In this document: positions 48,855 through 62,525 of the stretch, piece by piece | Layout: the number at the start of each line of letters is the position of its first letter | Position numbering within the stretch: position 1 is the first letter of the stretch | From: Octopus sinensis | Lineage: Eukaryota | DNA length: 64,000 nt | Direction of reading: 5' to 3' | Assembly (NCBI RefSeq): GCF_006345805.1 | Contig: NC_043003.1 | Coordinates: 95,170,001 to 95,234,000 of the forward strand | The notes under the pieces: generated by a model | Told to the model about the DNA's origin: nothing | The model's database searches: none | Seen by the model: only the letters and a program-made list of their open reading frames with translations | Program-made: the position numbers and the translations under genes

Positions 48855-51554
48855 CTGAAATATCAGGGAAAAATATATAACGATAAAAATACAAGCATAC
48901 TTGAAAATAAGAAAAGAAATTTTGAAATTACTTTATGGAAGATCAGCAATTATGTTATGGAAAAACTACTCGAAGTGTAGCAAGTCTTTGTCTCAGTTTG
49001 AACCCATGTTGTTTTGTTTCCAGTTAGAAAGCTTTCGTAAACAAAAACTACATCTTTCAGACTGAGTGGTGATGTCATAAAGTAAGCAACAAACGGATGA
49101 CATCCAACAGTTTCATAAGGATTCGTTTGACCAACGTCAGCAAAAATACTTATGAATCAAAAACTGTTGATTTCTAATCAGTCAAGTTTTCATTGGGCCA
49201 ACTCTTCATATAAAGACAGGCACCAACTACAAATGAACAGGTAGTAACAAGCAGAGGAGAAATTGCTCTTTCAGCTAATGTGCACGGGCCAGATATGAAG
49301 AGTGCACATAACGGGAAGTAACTCCTATTAGCACAGTGACAACGCTATGGATGCTGACATTCGCTCACCCTTCTTTCCCCCCTCTCTCTCTTTCTTTCTT
49401 ATCTACACTCAATCACACAATCTGTTCAAATAAATAACTAATATGAGAAGAACTTTCCGACGTTACTCAGGTGGTTTCTTTTTCTTAGGGTCGTCACGTT
49501 CCATACAAGCTTTTAACATTAAAACAAATGAAGAACTGAAAATGAGTGATTAGTTCTCTCATACCTTTCCATTTTTTTAGCTGTACAAAAAGGTGACTAA
49601 CACATATTCATTATTGTTAATTATCAATTTAACAATATACACAAACTGATAAATTAACTTTTAATTAATTTCTTGAGGCATCAAAATTTTAGGACATGGC
49701 TATGATGTGGTCTATGATGTTTCTCAGTGTTTAGACAAAATTTTTGACGCTTCATAAAATATCAGTTTTGTGTGTTGTTAGCTGGTTAGATTTCATAGAA
49801 GACAGAATATCATCATCATCATCATCATCATTATCAGCGTTTTAACGTCCACTTTTCCATGTTTGCATTACCAGATAGAATTTGCTGATGCAGATCAATG
49901 GTTGGATGCTCTTTCTGTCACCAACCTTCACCTGTTTCCAAGTAAGATTATAATCCCATAGTCTATCGAATATCAAATAATCTGCATGTAGTTATGAGTG
50001 GTTTTGTTTACAAAACCCTTCAACATTTTAAGATATATCAAGAAGCGCCAATATGCTTTCATAGCTGACTTGCAAGTATACAACACCGCTTGTACTGGTA
50101 GTGTGGGTGTTGTTTTGTTTACAGTCAGGGAACACACGTAAAGACAAGAGGAAAACACGATCTCACTCATACACACACACACAAACCCTGCAAAGAAAGA
50201 TGTGAAACTGGGATTAATCTAACGAGTTGACAGCAAAAAGTAATTAAATAAGTTACTTCGTCTGCATCTACATACACACTCTTATATATATGCGTATATG
50301 TATATATATATATAGTGAGAATTTACAAAAAAAAACAAAAGACGAAAACGGGTGTCTAAACAACAAACAGATGTATTAGTTTAACGCTCGGGAAGTGAGA
50401 AAGTCTTTTACTTTTCGAGCCTACGCTCTTCGACAGAAAGGAGCACAGAAACAAACGGGGAGATAAAATTTTAAAAAAGGGTTTAGTGGCTAGCGATCTA
50501 TCATAGCGAATGCTAGACAGAGGGGTCACACAGGAGAGCTAGGAAGAAGGAGAAATAATAAAGTAGTGGTGATCCCAAAGCGAAGGTGCGGTGTGGATGG
50601 GGGCTGGTGACCTTGACGTGTACGTGTGTGCATGTGTAGGTGTGTGGATGATGGTGTGGGTGCTGGGAAGTGGTCAGTGCTAGTGTGTACGGAGATGTGT
50701 GGTGTGGCATGGTGGTGTGTGGTGTGGTGGTGTGTGGCGTGGGCAAGATGTGGTGTATTGGAGGCGAGAGTGGAGGAAGCAGTATATATATTTGCATACA
50801 CTACGCCTTCAGAAAAAATATCTTCAGCTTAAAATATACACACTATAAATGTTAGAATTCTCTATGTATTTAATAATGAACAATGTAATCTACACTCTGG
50901 AAAACGTATTTCTGTAAAATGTTGGGAGGTTGGTGGTGAAATTTCCGAGGGTTCCACCCCACCCCACCCCGTTTTTCGGACCCCAAAAGGCTTTTGTGGA
51001 ATATTAGGTCACCGTAATTCATTCAATGAAAAAAAAATCCAGTGGTTCAGGGAGAGGAAGGGGGTCCGGTTTCCAACCCTACGTTTTTCCAAACAAAAAT
51101 AAGGGGTTGGTGGCATATTAAGAGGACAGGGTACTTGATACCGCGCAAAAAATCCGATTTTTTTTCCTAGTAAAAATCGTGCGGGCGAAATTATCGAAAT
51201 TTACTAGTATTTTACCCCGGCGTGCTAACGATTCTGTCAGCTCGCCGCCTTGATATATGAGGAGCTTACTTTCAAATCCGGTATAAAAGCATATTTGGTC
51301 GATTTCATGATAATCATTAAAACACAATCTGCAAACTGCTGGCTTCACACACGTGAAATTTTTTTCCAGTCAAACTGGAATAAACGTCGTAGAGACAGTG
51401 GGCGAATCTTAGGCTTCCAATTAAAATCAGATATATTCAAATAGTTGTTTTAAACAATTACTCAAATGTCATTCCGATGCGTATATCTAGATTTGAAAGT
51501 AAGCTTTTCATATATTCAAATGGATTTTAAGCAAAATATAAAGACAATTCTTAC

Positions 51555-51772
51555 CTATAACTTAGTGTTAGTTTACCATTTGGATTAAGGACTATCTTCT
51601 TTGAATAAACCTTAACATCTTGTTGGGTTCCGGCATTGCCCAGCAACAATTTAGGTGTCCAGAACAAAGGCACCAATCTCTCTTCAAAAAGCAAATTACC
51701 TTGGGACCCCTCATTTGGAACGAGTTGTTTATCTGTCCAGGTTTCTGTGACCACAAGAAATAACGGCATTTC
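51555..51772 (-). CDS. Cys-loop channel exon: loops D, A and E
   Basis: CTAG|GAA..TATAG|GTAAG, 218 nt; EMPLFLVVTETWTDKQL..FWTPKLLLGN..KIVLNPNGKLTLSYR. Confidence 0.92.
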
Positions 51773-51938
51773 CTAGTGGTGAGAAAAGAGAAATAGAATT
51801 CTAGGAGAAATATAAATAAATGTTCCATGAAATGGGATAATGGAGTTTGGGGAATGGAAACCATAGAACCATTTCAATTTATACTTAGAAACGATATATG
51901 TGTATGCGTGTATGTGTGTGCGTGTGTGTGTATATGTT

Positions 51939-51989
<51 letters not shown>

Positions 51990-51994
51990 ATGAA

Positions 51995-52620
51995 TGAATA
52001 CGAGCACATACCTTTATTGAACTATATGTTTCCCATTTTGTGCCACTACCTTTCGCTACCTTTGAGACATCTTCATGATCCCACCCTCCTAGAACTTGGC
52101 ATCTTTCTGGGTCATGAACTGGTCTAAGTGGTTTTTACACGCTTTTAAAGAATCGAAGTTCTTCGCATAAAGAGAATTTTGCAGTGATCGTAATAAATGA
52201 TAATCCAAAGGTACGGAGGGTAGAGTAGAACATCCCACCCAAACTGCTTCGAAACGTGCGGTCTAGCGTTGTCTGTAAGACGGCACCCTTTCGGTTGGCC
52301 AATTCTGGACTTTTTGCCTCAATTGCCTGGACGTTTTTCTTCAATTGCCTCCTTTAATCAGCCTAATCGGGAACAATGAAAGTCTGAGATTGGAAGGGCA
52401 TTGTGTATTACGGACTATTTCTACAAAAGCAGGCGTTAAATTAACGTCGGCTTTTGTGGAAATAGTCCTTAATACACAATACCCTTCCAATCTCATCAGA
52501 TACAGACCAGCTTCTGGAGAGATTGAAGGTGTTTCAACTCGTTTTACACAGGACCTTTCTCATTTTATGTTGTAAATAATCCATTTCTCATCACACGTGA
52601 TCATTATTTTCAAAAATGGG
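51995..52620 (-). mobile_element. Mariner transposase 3' relic
   Basis: PELANRKGAV..DNARPH..GWDVL.YPPY..DYHLLRSLQNSL with deletions. Confidence 0.8.
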
Positions 52621-53289
52621 TAATTTTTGTTTTGAGCAGAGACTCATCGATGGAAATGTGCTCTATTAAGTTTTTTTTTCCTGTTAAGTTATGAGGCACT
52701 CAAACGTCAAAGTAATTCACGTAACCAGATGTTTTTAAATGCTTTATAGCGCCCAAAACTAGTTGTGTGTGTATGTATGTATATATATGTGTGTATGCGT
52801 GTGTATTGATGCATATGCGCGCGCGTATTTGTGCATGTTTTTATCATAGAGGTAGATAGATAGGAAGTAGGCTTCCGCATAATTTCCGTCTATTAAATTC
52901 TAATCAGACGGTATTGTGATTAGAATTTGCTCACAAGAAGAAATACTCCTCCCGTGTAACATCTGTCTTACTCAGGATGACACTTACCAACGGTATCACG
53001 ACTATGTTTGTTTCTACTTGGTCCTAATACTTTTGTATGCTAGTAAAATCTGTTACCCTTCTACTCTAACAACTCTGTATTCTACTTAAATTTGTCACAT
53101 GCTGTACAATGAAATATCATTGAGTCATGACCAAGGACGGTACAGTTTCAATCCTCAATTGAAGCTTTTTTTTGTGTGTGTTACATCCGCTTGCAACGAC
53201 TTAACTCTGCATGTTTCTTTACACATTTTCTTCTTAAAATACAGGGCTTTTGTGAGTAGTTAACAAGAAACATTTAATAACTTTTATAC

Positions 53290-53354
53290 CTTACTGGAAT
53301 CCATCATTCCAACAGCTTCAACATACACGTTCACAAAGACAACTGTAATATTTC
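53290..53354 (-). CDS. Cys-loop channel exon: beta1 strand
   Basis: CTTGCAG|GA..AAG|GTATAA, 65 nt, phase 1/0; GNITVVFVNVYVEAVGMMDSSK. Confidence 0.88.
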
Positions 53355-53629
53355 CTGCAAGAAAGCAAAATAGACTGTGTAAGAAATCATTTAATGAATG
53401 GAAAACATTGTGATAGTTTTTATTAATTTAATAATATAAAAGTCAACAACGCTAGTGTTGCGATCCAAAGAGAAACACTAAATATGGATCAGCACTTGGG
53501 AGAAGTAAGTCACAAAACTTCCTTTTTATTAGAGGAATTCATCGAGATAAGAGAAATGAAGAATAGAACATATCTCTGTTTTCTCAAAATCGGAAATGTT
53601 AATTTAAAAAAATCTTTTAGCCACGAGAA

Positions 53630-53696
53630 TTGGATGAAGATTTGTATATGGTCATGAGATTGCCTATCTCATGACCATATACAAAGCTTCATCCAA
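53630..53696. repeat. Near-perfect 67-nt hairpin
   Basis: 31-nt arms (30/31 complementary), 5-nt loop TGCCT. Confidence 0.9.
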
Positions 53697-53930
53697 GAGT
53701 AACCGAAGGAAGAGAAAAGGTATCCTCAAACGGAGTGGACTTCCCTAAAAGTATTCAAGATGCCAGTTGGTGGCGTTAATCTGTGTGAATGATTAAGTCT
53801 ACCATCCAGGTAAACCTAAGCGGAAGTTTAACTCGGAACAGACATTTTGAGTGAGATACGTGTTTTTTTTTTAAAAATGAGCCTCTTCAAGAAGTTGCCC
53901 TGGTACACTTACAAATATTCATACACTTAC

Positions 53931-54028
53931 CTGATTCTTTTTCAGGTCTGAAATAACGATTGTAACTATTTCCTTTGAGAACTTTCATTATCTCATGCCA
54001 TACTGAACTGTTGCTTTCGCCAGTACAC
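53931..54028 (-). CDS. Cys-loop channel exon: N-terminal helix
   Basis: CAACAG|G..CAG|GTAAGT, 98 nt, phase 2/1; CTGESNSSVWHEIMKVLKGNSYNRYFRPEKES (Y..x.RP motif). Confidence 0.88.
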
Positions 54029-54117
54029 CTGTTGAGATGAAAGCAAAAAGCAAAAGAACAATCAAAATGAATTCCCCTCTTAGAAATTTTTTTTTCCATT
54101 TGACGGATTAATGGAGT

Positions 54118-54587
54118 GGATCTTTTCGGTTTGAACGGCAGTTTGTAACATAATTTCTAGGTAACTAAAAAATTTTAAACTTCGTATACTGGTAGAATGT
54201 GTTTATAAAACATCATTTTCTCTTGGCTTTATTGAGAAAATTCTATAGTTTGTAACATATTTCGTCTAAAATTTCTTGCATTTCGGCAATTTTAACCAAT
54301 CGCTGACCGTCCATTGAGGAGAAAGCATTCTGTGCCGCATCAATATGTCCCTCGTTTAAGAAACAGATTGGGTTTATTTACATTTGTGAAGAAAAAAAAG
54401 ATACCCTTCCCCCACCCCAAACCCTAACCCTAACTCTAACCCTAAATCTAAAATAGATTGAAATGCAATAGATCGATACTAGGGTAATAATTATGGATGA
54501 CAATTTCATACGACACCGCTACAGAAAATGGAATTTTTTAGTTACGTAGAAATTATGTTACAAAGTGCCGTTCAAACCGAAAAATCC
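54118..54587. mobile_element. MITE with about 55-bp TIRs, perfect 8-bp TSD and internal CCCTAA repeats
   Basis: AATGGAGT at 54110-54117 and 54588-54595; GGAT..ATCC termini. Confidence 0.9.
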
Positions 54588-56042
54588 AATGGAGTTAGTC
54601 CCTATCTTCCCACATGGTCTGCCGCAGGCAACGAAAGTTTTCAGCTTACATATCGCTTACAGACACTTTACCATCTGCGCATACGTTAATTTTTTCTATT
54701 CGCCAACATTTAGTGCTTCTGTACTAGTTTTGTCACTGTGACTCTGTTGGTATTCTCTATCACTCGTTACAGTACGATCAGAGTAACTATCCTGTCCTCA
54801 TTTCATAGTCTTTGAGTTTACTGTTGTTTTTTTTCTGTCTCGGTTTATTCACTCAGCGACTCTTACTGCGCTTGCAAAACACTGCCTTTTTTGCGGCCAT
54901 TTTATTATCTCCATTGCTATTATTATTGCCTATGAAATTGTCGAAATTGTCGAAAAAGAGCTAGTGATAGTGGTGGTGTGGTAGCTGCCTCTGTTGCAGT
55001 TGTAGCAAGTTGATTAGCAGGTTATATTACTTTTAATTGACCTGGATCCTATATTTTTATGTCCATTGATTTATTCTGGAGTGGGTGACAGTGGTAGAGT
55101 TTTTGGTGAGTATAGTAGTCGTCCGATTAGTTGTTAAGCTGGTAGAAGCAGCGTTGTTATTTTCATTTTCGCCTGGTATACTGTTACTCTCTCTCTTTTA
55201 CTCTTTTACTTGTTTCAGTCATTTGACTGCAGCCATGCTGGAGCACCGACTTTAATCGAGCAACTCGACCCCGGGACTTATTCTTTGTAAGCCTAGTACT
55301 TATTCTATCGGTCTTCTTTGCCGAACCCCTAAGTGACGGGGAGATAAACACACCAGCATCGGTTGTCAAGCAATGCTAGGGGGACAAACACAGACACACA
55401 AGCACACACACATACATACATATATATATATATACATATATACGACGGGCTTCTTTCAGTTTCCATCTACCAAGTCCACTCACAAGGCTTTATTCGGCCC
55501 GAGGCTATAGTAGAAGACACTTGCCCAAGGTGTCACGCAGTGGGACTGAACCCGGAACCATGTGGTTGGTAAGCAAGCTACTTACCACACAGCCACTCCT
55601 GCGCCTACTGTTGTTGGTAATGCTGTTGCTGGAGACGTTACTATTGTTGTTACTCACATTTCTGTCTTCAGCAGTGCTGTTGTTGCTATTGTGGTTGATG
55701 TTATCACTGCTGCTTTTCCTCCTTAGAAATGGAAGTGATGGGAAGCTCTTTGGGTGGGTGAGGGGAATATTGAACGGTAAGTTATTACTGTGGCTGTTGT
55801 CACGATTCTATTATCATTAGGCATGTTGCTAAAATCCAATTTCCTTTCTATTTGTCATTCATAGTTATTCACCTCGCTTTTGAGCTGTACACCTGTATTA
55901 CTTGTCTTGTTAGAGTCAACACTGATACACACCCACACACCCACACATAAACACACTTTAGCCTACTAAATATCTTCTTTTTTCCCTTCGATAAGCAAAG
56001 CTTTCGAAGCAAACGAAAGTCACAGCGCTATTGCTACAACAG

Positions 56043-56103
<61 letters not shown>

Positions 56104-56149
56104 CAACAACAACAACAATAACAACAACAACATCAATAATAATAATAAT

Positions 56150-56620
56150 AAATGCCCTGACGCAGTACCAGACAGCGGCTCTCATGGCTTCTCGTCTGGA
56201 CTGATTGGAAGTGTTATGTACATTGTTTTGTCTTGGTATAAAAGATGGGCTACGGCAAATATTCTGCTCAATACCACAGATTTGCTTGTCAGTTGTTTGA
56301 CCTTAACCAGTTGACCATGTCCCTTAGTGGCTGACGATATGTGCATCTCTGATCTCGAGCAGACGTAGTGGGGGAGCATCATAGCCATGTGTTAAAAGGA
56401 ATTCTTAGAGGTTTGGATAATTCACCTTTGGAAACATGGGTGTTTTGTTCAACATCCTTAAATAATCCTTATTCAGAGACCGTTTCAGATCACCATGTCG
56501 CGCACATATGGTTGCGATGCATGTGCCTAGTGTACCCTTATCAGACGGGTAGTCATGATGGGTATACTGGGCTTCGTATATTTTACCCCAGTGTAACTTT
56601 GATGCCATGCACTGTTCTCT
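56150..56620 (-). mobile_element. Interspersed retroposon-like repeat (inverted partial copy at about 62585-62785)
   Basis: GATGCACATATCGTCAG.CAC.AAGGGACATG..GGTTAAGGTCAAACAACTGAC shared by both copies; (TTA)n tail. Confidence 0.6.
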
Positions 56621-56625
56621 CACTC

Positions 56626-56684
<59 letters not shown>

Positions 56685-57267
56685 TAGCAACAACGGTGAC
56701 AATAATAATCAACAATGACCAATATAACAAAAGAAGAAGATGGTCTTTGATACAAATGCTGTGAGAGGAAAATTATCGATCATTGTTTATAGGTGATCAC
56801 AAGTTGTACCCTGCAGATGTCAACAACTAGAAACACTGCTATAGACGGTGAATAGATTAATTGAACGTTCAAATATGATTCGGAAAGCAACAACAAAAAA
56901 GAAAAGTTCCCATGCAACATTGAAAAAGAAAGGTTTCAATAAAACTATTATCATGCTGCATAAAGAAACAGATGAGAGAATTATAACAAAGGTAAGCTTG
57001 TAAATACTTAAGGATCAATTAACTAGACAGTCTTCGACGCTCAGTGATGAAAGATAAAGTTAGGAAGTAATATCATTGATAAAAAAAGATTAATACTTCA
57101 AACATATTTCATTGAAAAGAAAATCCATCGATTGAGTTGATTTAGTAATAGGTTATAATTATGATATCCTCATTTGGTTGTTAAACGAGAAATAAGAAAA
57201 ATAATTACTGCATTTAAAATACATAAAACTACTTATCTCATGGCTTCTGATAATAATGATGATGATG

Positions 57268-57331
<64 letters not shown>

Positions 57332-57349
57332 TGATAATAATAATGATAA

Positions 57350-58200
57350 TAACCCTTTCTACTACAGGCACAAGTACTTAATTTATCGACCTCGAAAAGT
57401 TGAAAAGCAAAGTCGACCTCGATGGAATTTGAACTCAGAACGTAAAGACGGACGAAATGCCGCTAAGCATTTCGCCCGGCGTGCTAACGATTCTGCCAGC
57501 TCGCCACCTTAAATCGGTCGCTATCGCATCGGTAGTTCGCGCGGTGGAGAAGCTAGTGTCGGGCGGAAGAAAATGCGGATAGGAAATGCGGAAGGTACAA
57601 CAACAACAACAATCTTTTCTTTTACAGACATATAGTTAAACGATTAGTCCCTCTCGGTGGGGGAGGGGGGACGATTACATCAACCAGCCGAAAAGAGGAA
57701 AGGTAAAATTGACCTTGGCAGACTCTGAACTCATAACGTAAAGATGGTCGTAGTTCCGCTAAGCGTTTAATCCGGCATGCTAATGATTCTGCAAGCTCTT
57801 TGGTTTCAAATTTTTGCACAACGGCAGCAACTTTAGGGAGAGATGACGTTGACCCAATGCTTAACTAGAACTTTATGTTGTCGACTCTGAAAGGCTGAAA
57901 GGTGAAGTTAACCTCCGCGGGAATCGAACTCAGGGCGTAAAGAGCCGGAAGAAATGCTGCTATATATTTTGTTTGACGTACTAACGATTCTGCCAAGTCG
58001 CCACCTTAACAGCAGCTACAACAATAGAAATAATGATTTCCAATTTTGGCACGAGGCCAGCAATTTCAAGGGAGGGAGTAAGTTAAATTGGCACTTATTT
58101 TATCGATCCTGAATTGTTCTTAAAAAGAGTGAAGTCACAGTCTACCTCGGAACATAAGACTAGAAGAAATAGTGTTAAGCATTTTGTCCGGCGTGCAAAT
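57350..58200 (-). mobile_element. Cluster of four degenerate family-A SINEs
   Basis: Repeated reverse-complement head CTAACGATTCTGCCAGCTCGCC and body fragments. Confidence 0.75.
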
Positions 58201-58214
58201 GATTGTAATTTGAT

Positions 58215-59828
58215 CTTCCATGAGCAGAATTTTCAGTTAAAAGCAAAATGGTACTTCTTTGCCTCACCACATGGTAAGAATACTTGTCATAGCGTTGGTG
58301 GGATCACCAAGCACTTAGCAGCACAAGCAAGTCTGCAAAACGCAATCTCAGAGCAGGTCTTAACCCTAATTTGAAATTGTCAGGAAAGAGATCACTTTGG
58401 AATGCAAGTCAATTAACAATGTGTCAGTTTCTAGTTACAATTTTCAAACTCTTCCACATTCAAAGGCACACGCAGAAACCATGAATTCATTCCATGTTGT
58501 AATGTCATATCCATTAGTCTTGTATCGGGAAACCATTCAGCGAGACTGCATCTTTAAGGTAAGGCAAATTCTATTCCAACTGAAGATATCCACCAGGATC
58601 ACCGTATGTGTGTCGGCATGATAATGATAGGTAGTTTGGAAGCGGCAAATTATGTTTCAACTGAACACTGATATTAATGTACAATTCCTTCATCCGAAAG
58701 GCCTCGCCAGTCAGTTTTTCTGGTCAAGAAATGATATTTGCTGGAATCCCAAAGAGGACATAATTGTAAAAGTTGATACCTCTTCCAGAAGCAATAGCAG
58801 TTGTTTCTATCACTTTTCATGCGAAGATATACAAAATGTGATGCGATATGTATTAGGCTCGCAAATAACTTTTGATTCATTTTGTTTTCCACTGTTTCAT
58901 ATTGTTTCTGACTTTTTACTAGCTTTATTAATTTTTTTTTAGCTTTGGAAAGAAAATACAGTCTAAGAAATTTTTTATAACTGGCCCACGGACTATCAGT
59001 ATGGGACTAGTAGAATTTTTCTTCTTTTCGATCCCTGAATCTATAAAGGTATTACAAAAGTATGAGGCTCCATTTACCGATAACGTTGTTGTTGTATAGT
59101 CAGGAGGTCAATGGCCAAGGCTTTTTAGGCTTGAAGGTTTTTTCCAATTGTCACACATTGTTTTCTACGGCTCTGGAATATCACTCAAAATGGGAATTTC
59201 CATTTCAGATGAAAATTGATATTTAGAGTAGTTTTAAATGCTATAGTTCTACATTTCCTTATCATTAGGTGTATTTTCAGAATATATATTTATAGTTATA
59301 TATAATTTCAACTTAGCGATAAGAACTCATTCTGGTTCAAAAATAGAAAAAAAACCCCAAATTTTTCATTTTGTCCAATTTTTGACTCCTCCGTTACACA
59401 AGAAAACAAATTTTTTAATGAATGAGTTCTTATGTTCTGTTAAGATATCAGACCTTACTGTATGATTAGAGAACATGGGATTCTTATCAACTTTTGTTAT
59501 TAAGTAATAACTGCCTAAACGTAAAATGTTTTTAAGAATATCCCCCAAGACATGCAGTTTTGCAATTTTCAGTTGGCATTTTTTCGATATTGGCTGAGTT
59601 AAAAGAATGGATTTTTACTGTTTGAGGGACTTGAGATAGTGGGGGATAAAGTAACATAATTTTTAAGGTATGATATGAAACCTATTTGAAACGATGGGCT
59701 CCTCAAAATAAAAGAAATTCAATATTTCGAAAATTACCCCTCTCATGGATACTAACAACTGGTGTAAATTTGAAGAAAATCCAAGAACCTTCGCGACGGT
59801 CCCTTGTTGAATTTCACTGGAATGACCC
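58215..59828 (+). mobile_element. DNA transposon relic (DDE transposase, superfamily uncertain)
   Basis: WYFFASPHGKNTCHSVGGITKHLAAQASLQ resembles the W.FF...HGK..CDG.GG motif of animal Sola2/EnSpm-like transposases; right end ..TTCACTGGAATGACCC. Confidence 0.55.
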
Positions 59829-59946
59829 ATATATAAGATAGATATAATTTCTCTGAGTAGCTAAATAAAAGAAATTATTCATTTAAGCAATGTAAGAAGT
59901 TTGAAGTCATACTGGGGCAACACCATAAAAGAGGTGTGAAATCATT

Positions 59947-59981
<35 letters not shown>

Positions 59982-60179
59982 TGTTATTGTTGGTGTTGTT
60001 GTGGAAGGCGGCTAGCTGGCAGAATCGTTAGCACGCCAGGCAAAATGCTTAGCGGTATTTCGTCCGGTTTTAGGTTCTGAGTTCAAATTCCGCCGAGGCC
60101 AACTTTGCCTTTCACCTTTAGGGGTCGCAAATTAAGTACCAGTTGAGTACTGGGGTCTATGTAATCGACTTATTATTAT

Positions 60180-60720
60180 TATTAGGCATAGAAGTGCCAA
60201 TTGCCGAACATGCTAGAAATATATGCAGAGGGACGAAACTGTCCTGCATACAATCGTTCAGCATTAAAGAATTGTAGGCTGGTGTAGAGAAGCAGCTGTC
60301 TCGTGTAAGACGATTTCATCTGTCTGCCGAGTGTATAATGAAGATCGACACAGCACCTTCCTTTAGCAGAGAAGGAGGGCAAATCTTTCTCTGCTTAGTG
60401 GCATTGGCAAAAGAGGTTCTGAGGTGGAAACGTCTGAAAGGTTTAAAGACAGGTACTTTCACATTTGTCCAATCCCTCAGCAATTTCTTCAAATATCATT
60501 TAAAGACGAAGGTGAGGGTAGAGAGGGAGATGCTGCCTACACGTGTGTTTATCAAAAGGTAGACCAGAGTGGCAAGACTGGTGAGGTTGAATGGATCTAC
60601 TCTGAGCATGCTTTTCCAAGCAAGAGGAAAGAAACTGGAAGAGAGCGATTTCCCATGCTTTGGGGATGGCAGAGTAAACTGGAATTTTAGTGTGGAGTTT
60701 CCCCAAATGCCCCGATATAG
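60180..60720 (+). mobile_element. L1/Tx1-like LINE ORF2 3' end relic
   Basis: FLCLVALAKEVLRWKRLKGLKT..NFFKYHLKTKVRVERE; clade inferred. Confidence 0.55.
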
Positions 60721-60766
60721 GAGATTCTAATTATCTATTTATTTCCCTATTTTCTATTTATATATA

Positions 60767-62486
60767 CTAGCATTATGACCAGTCGTTGCCGGGTCATAGT
60801 GCTAGTGCATGTATATATGTGTATATATATATGTACATATTACATGTACATCTATATATATACATCTACACATAAAATACAAAATACAAAGTTATATCTT
60901 GATATCGCTAGTGATAACAATACTCAAAATATATAACAGACTGGAATTGTTAGCCCGTCTCTTGCAATTTCGATTAATTGTATCTTGTCCTCCCTCTTGT
61001 ATAGAAGTGTGACTACAATCCAGCCTACCTCTACTTCTGGGAGGACATTTTAAATTTTTATCCGGGACGTCCTACATCCCAGATATAAAAGTAAAAGTAA
61101 AATATTTCCACTTTGCAAGGTTCGAGTCGAGTACTCCCTTGCACGCTCCGTTGACTCGAACCTTGCTTCTATTGTGGCGAATTTACCGCCTCTGGTTACA
61201 TACTTGATATCTTTCATAGTCGCACCAAGACACTTTTCGATGGTGCTTTCCTCCAGGTGTTCAAATCTTTTTTTCTCTACATTGTATACTTTATAGACAA
61301 TAGTCTTTTCTTTAATTTAATTTTTTATTTCGTTTGGTGGTGTTATCTTAGATTCACCGTCTTTATCGGTGCTCAATCCGAAATAGGTTTGTATTTCTTC
61401 CATTTTAATTCTAATGAGTTCGCGCACGCCGACAGCTGCAGCGAAATTCATTTTTGGACTTTCTTCTATCGAAGGCATTTTAACAAAAATGCTTCCGTAT
61501 AAACGGTGAAAATATTGTCAAAATTGAATTGTGTCCCCAAACAGGGACACAATTCAATTTTTAAACAATAACCAAAGCTCTTTCTCCCAAAGGGGGAGGG
61601 TTACGGTTTACAATTATTTAACAAATGCAACACAACAACGTTTCCCTTACTAAGAACCAACAAACGTGATAACAATAGTTAAACAGTAATAATAATAACA
61701 ACAAACCTTACGGTGAATCAAAAAGCAGCACGCAGTTGAAGCTATAGTCCTTTATGTATAAGAAATAAACCAACAGCAGTACTCAGTAGAAGCGGCTGTT
61801 CGAGAAAACAGACATTACATACAGCCAAACTTCATATATATACTTAATGCTAGCTAATTAGCAGATAATCTAATGTAAAAGCTGTGGTAAAAGGTATGTG
61901 CACAGCTCCATCTGGACTATTCCATTTCTGCACACTAATTTTATTTTTAATTTATTCCCATTCATGTGAAACCACTTATTCAAGTTCAAGTCATTGATGC
62001 AATTTTATACCAATTGCTATTTTTACTTTTGTTATGTTACGATTATATTATACTTTAGTTTGATTTTAATTATTACTTACTACATATAATTCAATTGTTA
62101 TTATTATCTCTAATTTTTATTGTTAAAGTGAAAGTATCTGACATAAAATAGGGAAATGTTTTTGTTTCACTTTTAACACGTAATACTGAAATAGTGGAGA
62201 AGATATGATATTGCTATGGGCTAGCTCTAGGCAAGAAGTTGAACATTTTTTTGCCCATCAAACTACATGGACCCTAAGTAAGGCATGTGTAAAATTTGAA
62301 TGAAATTGGATGTGTAGTTCTCAAGTTTTAGGGAATCATAGTGGAGAAGATATGATATTGCTGTGGGCTCGCCCTAGGCAAAAAGTTTAAAATTGTTTTG
62401 CTGGTGACACTCCCCGGACCCTAAGTAAGGCATGTGTAAAATTTGAATGAAATTGGTTGTATAGTTCTCAAGTTTTAGGGAATCAC

Positions 62487-62525
<39 letters not shown>

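Noticed and set aside
54410-54450. CCCTAA repeats as a telomere
   Set aside because: Only a few degenerate units, located inside a TIR/TSD-bounded MITE
60180-61478. Twin-priming inversion of one L1/Tx1 element (ORF2 end on +, ORF1 on -)
   Set aside because: The ORF1 piece lies 3' of the ORF2 end, the wrong order for twin priming, and a Helitron-type end separates them
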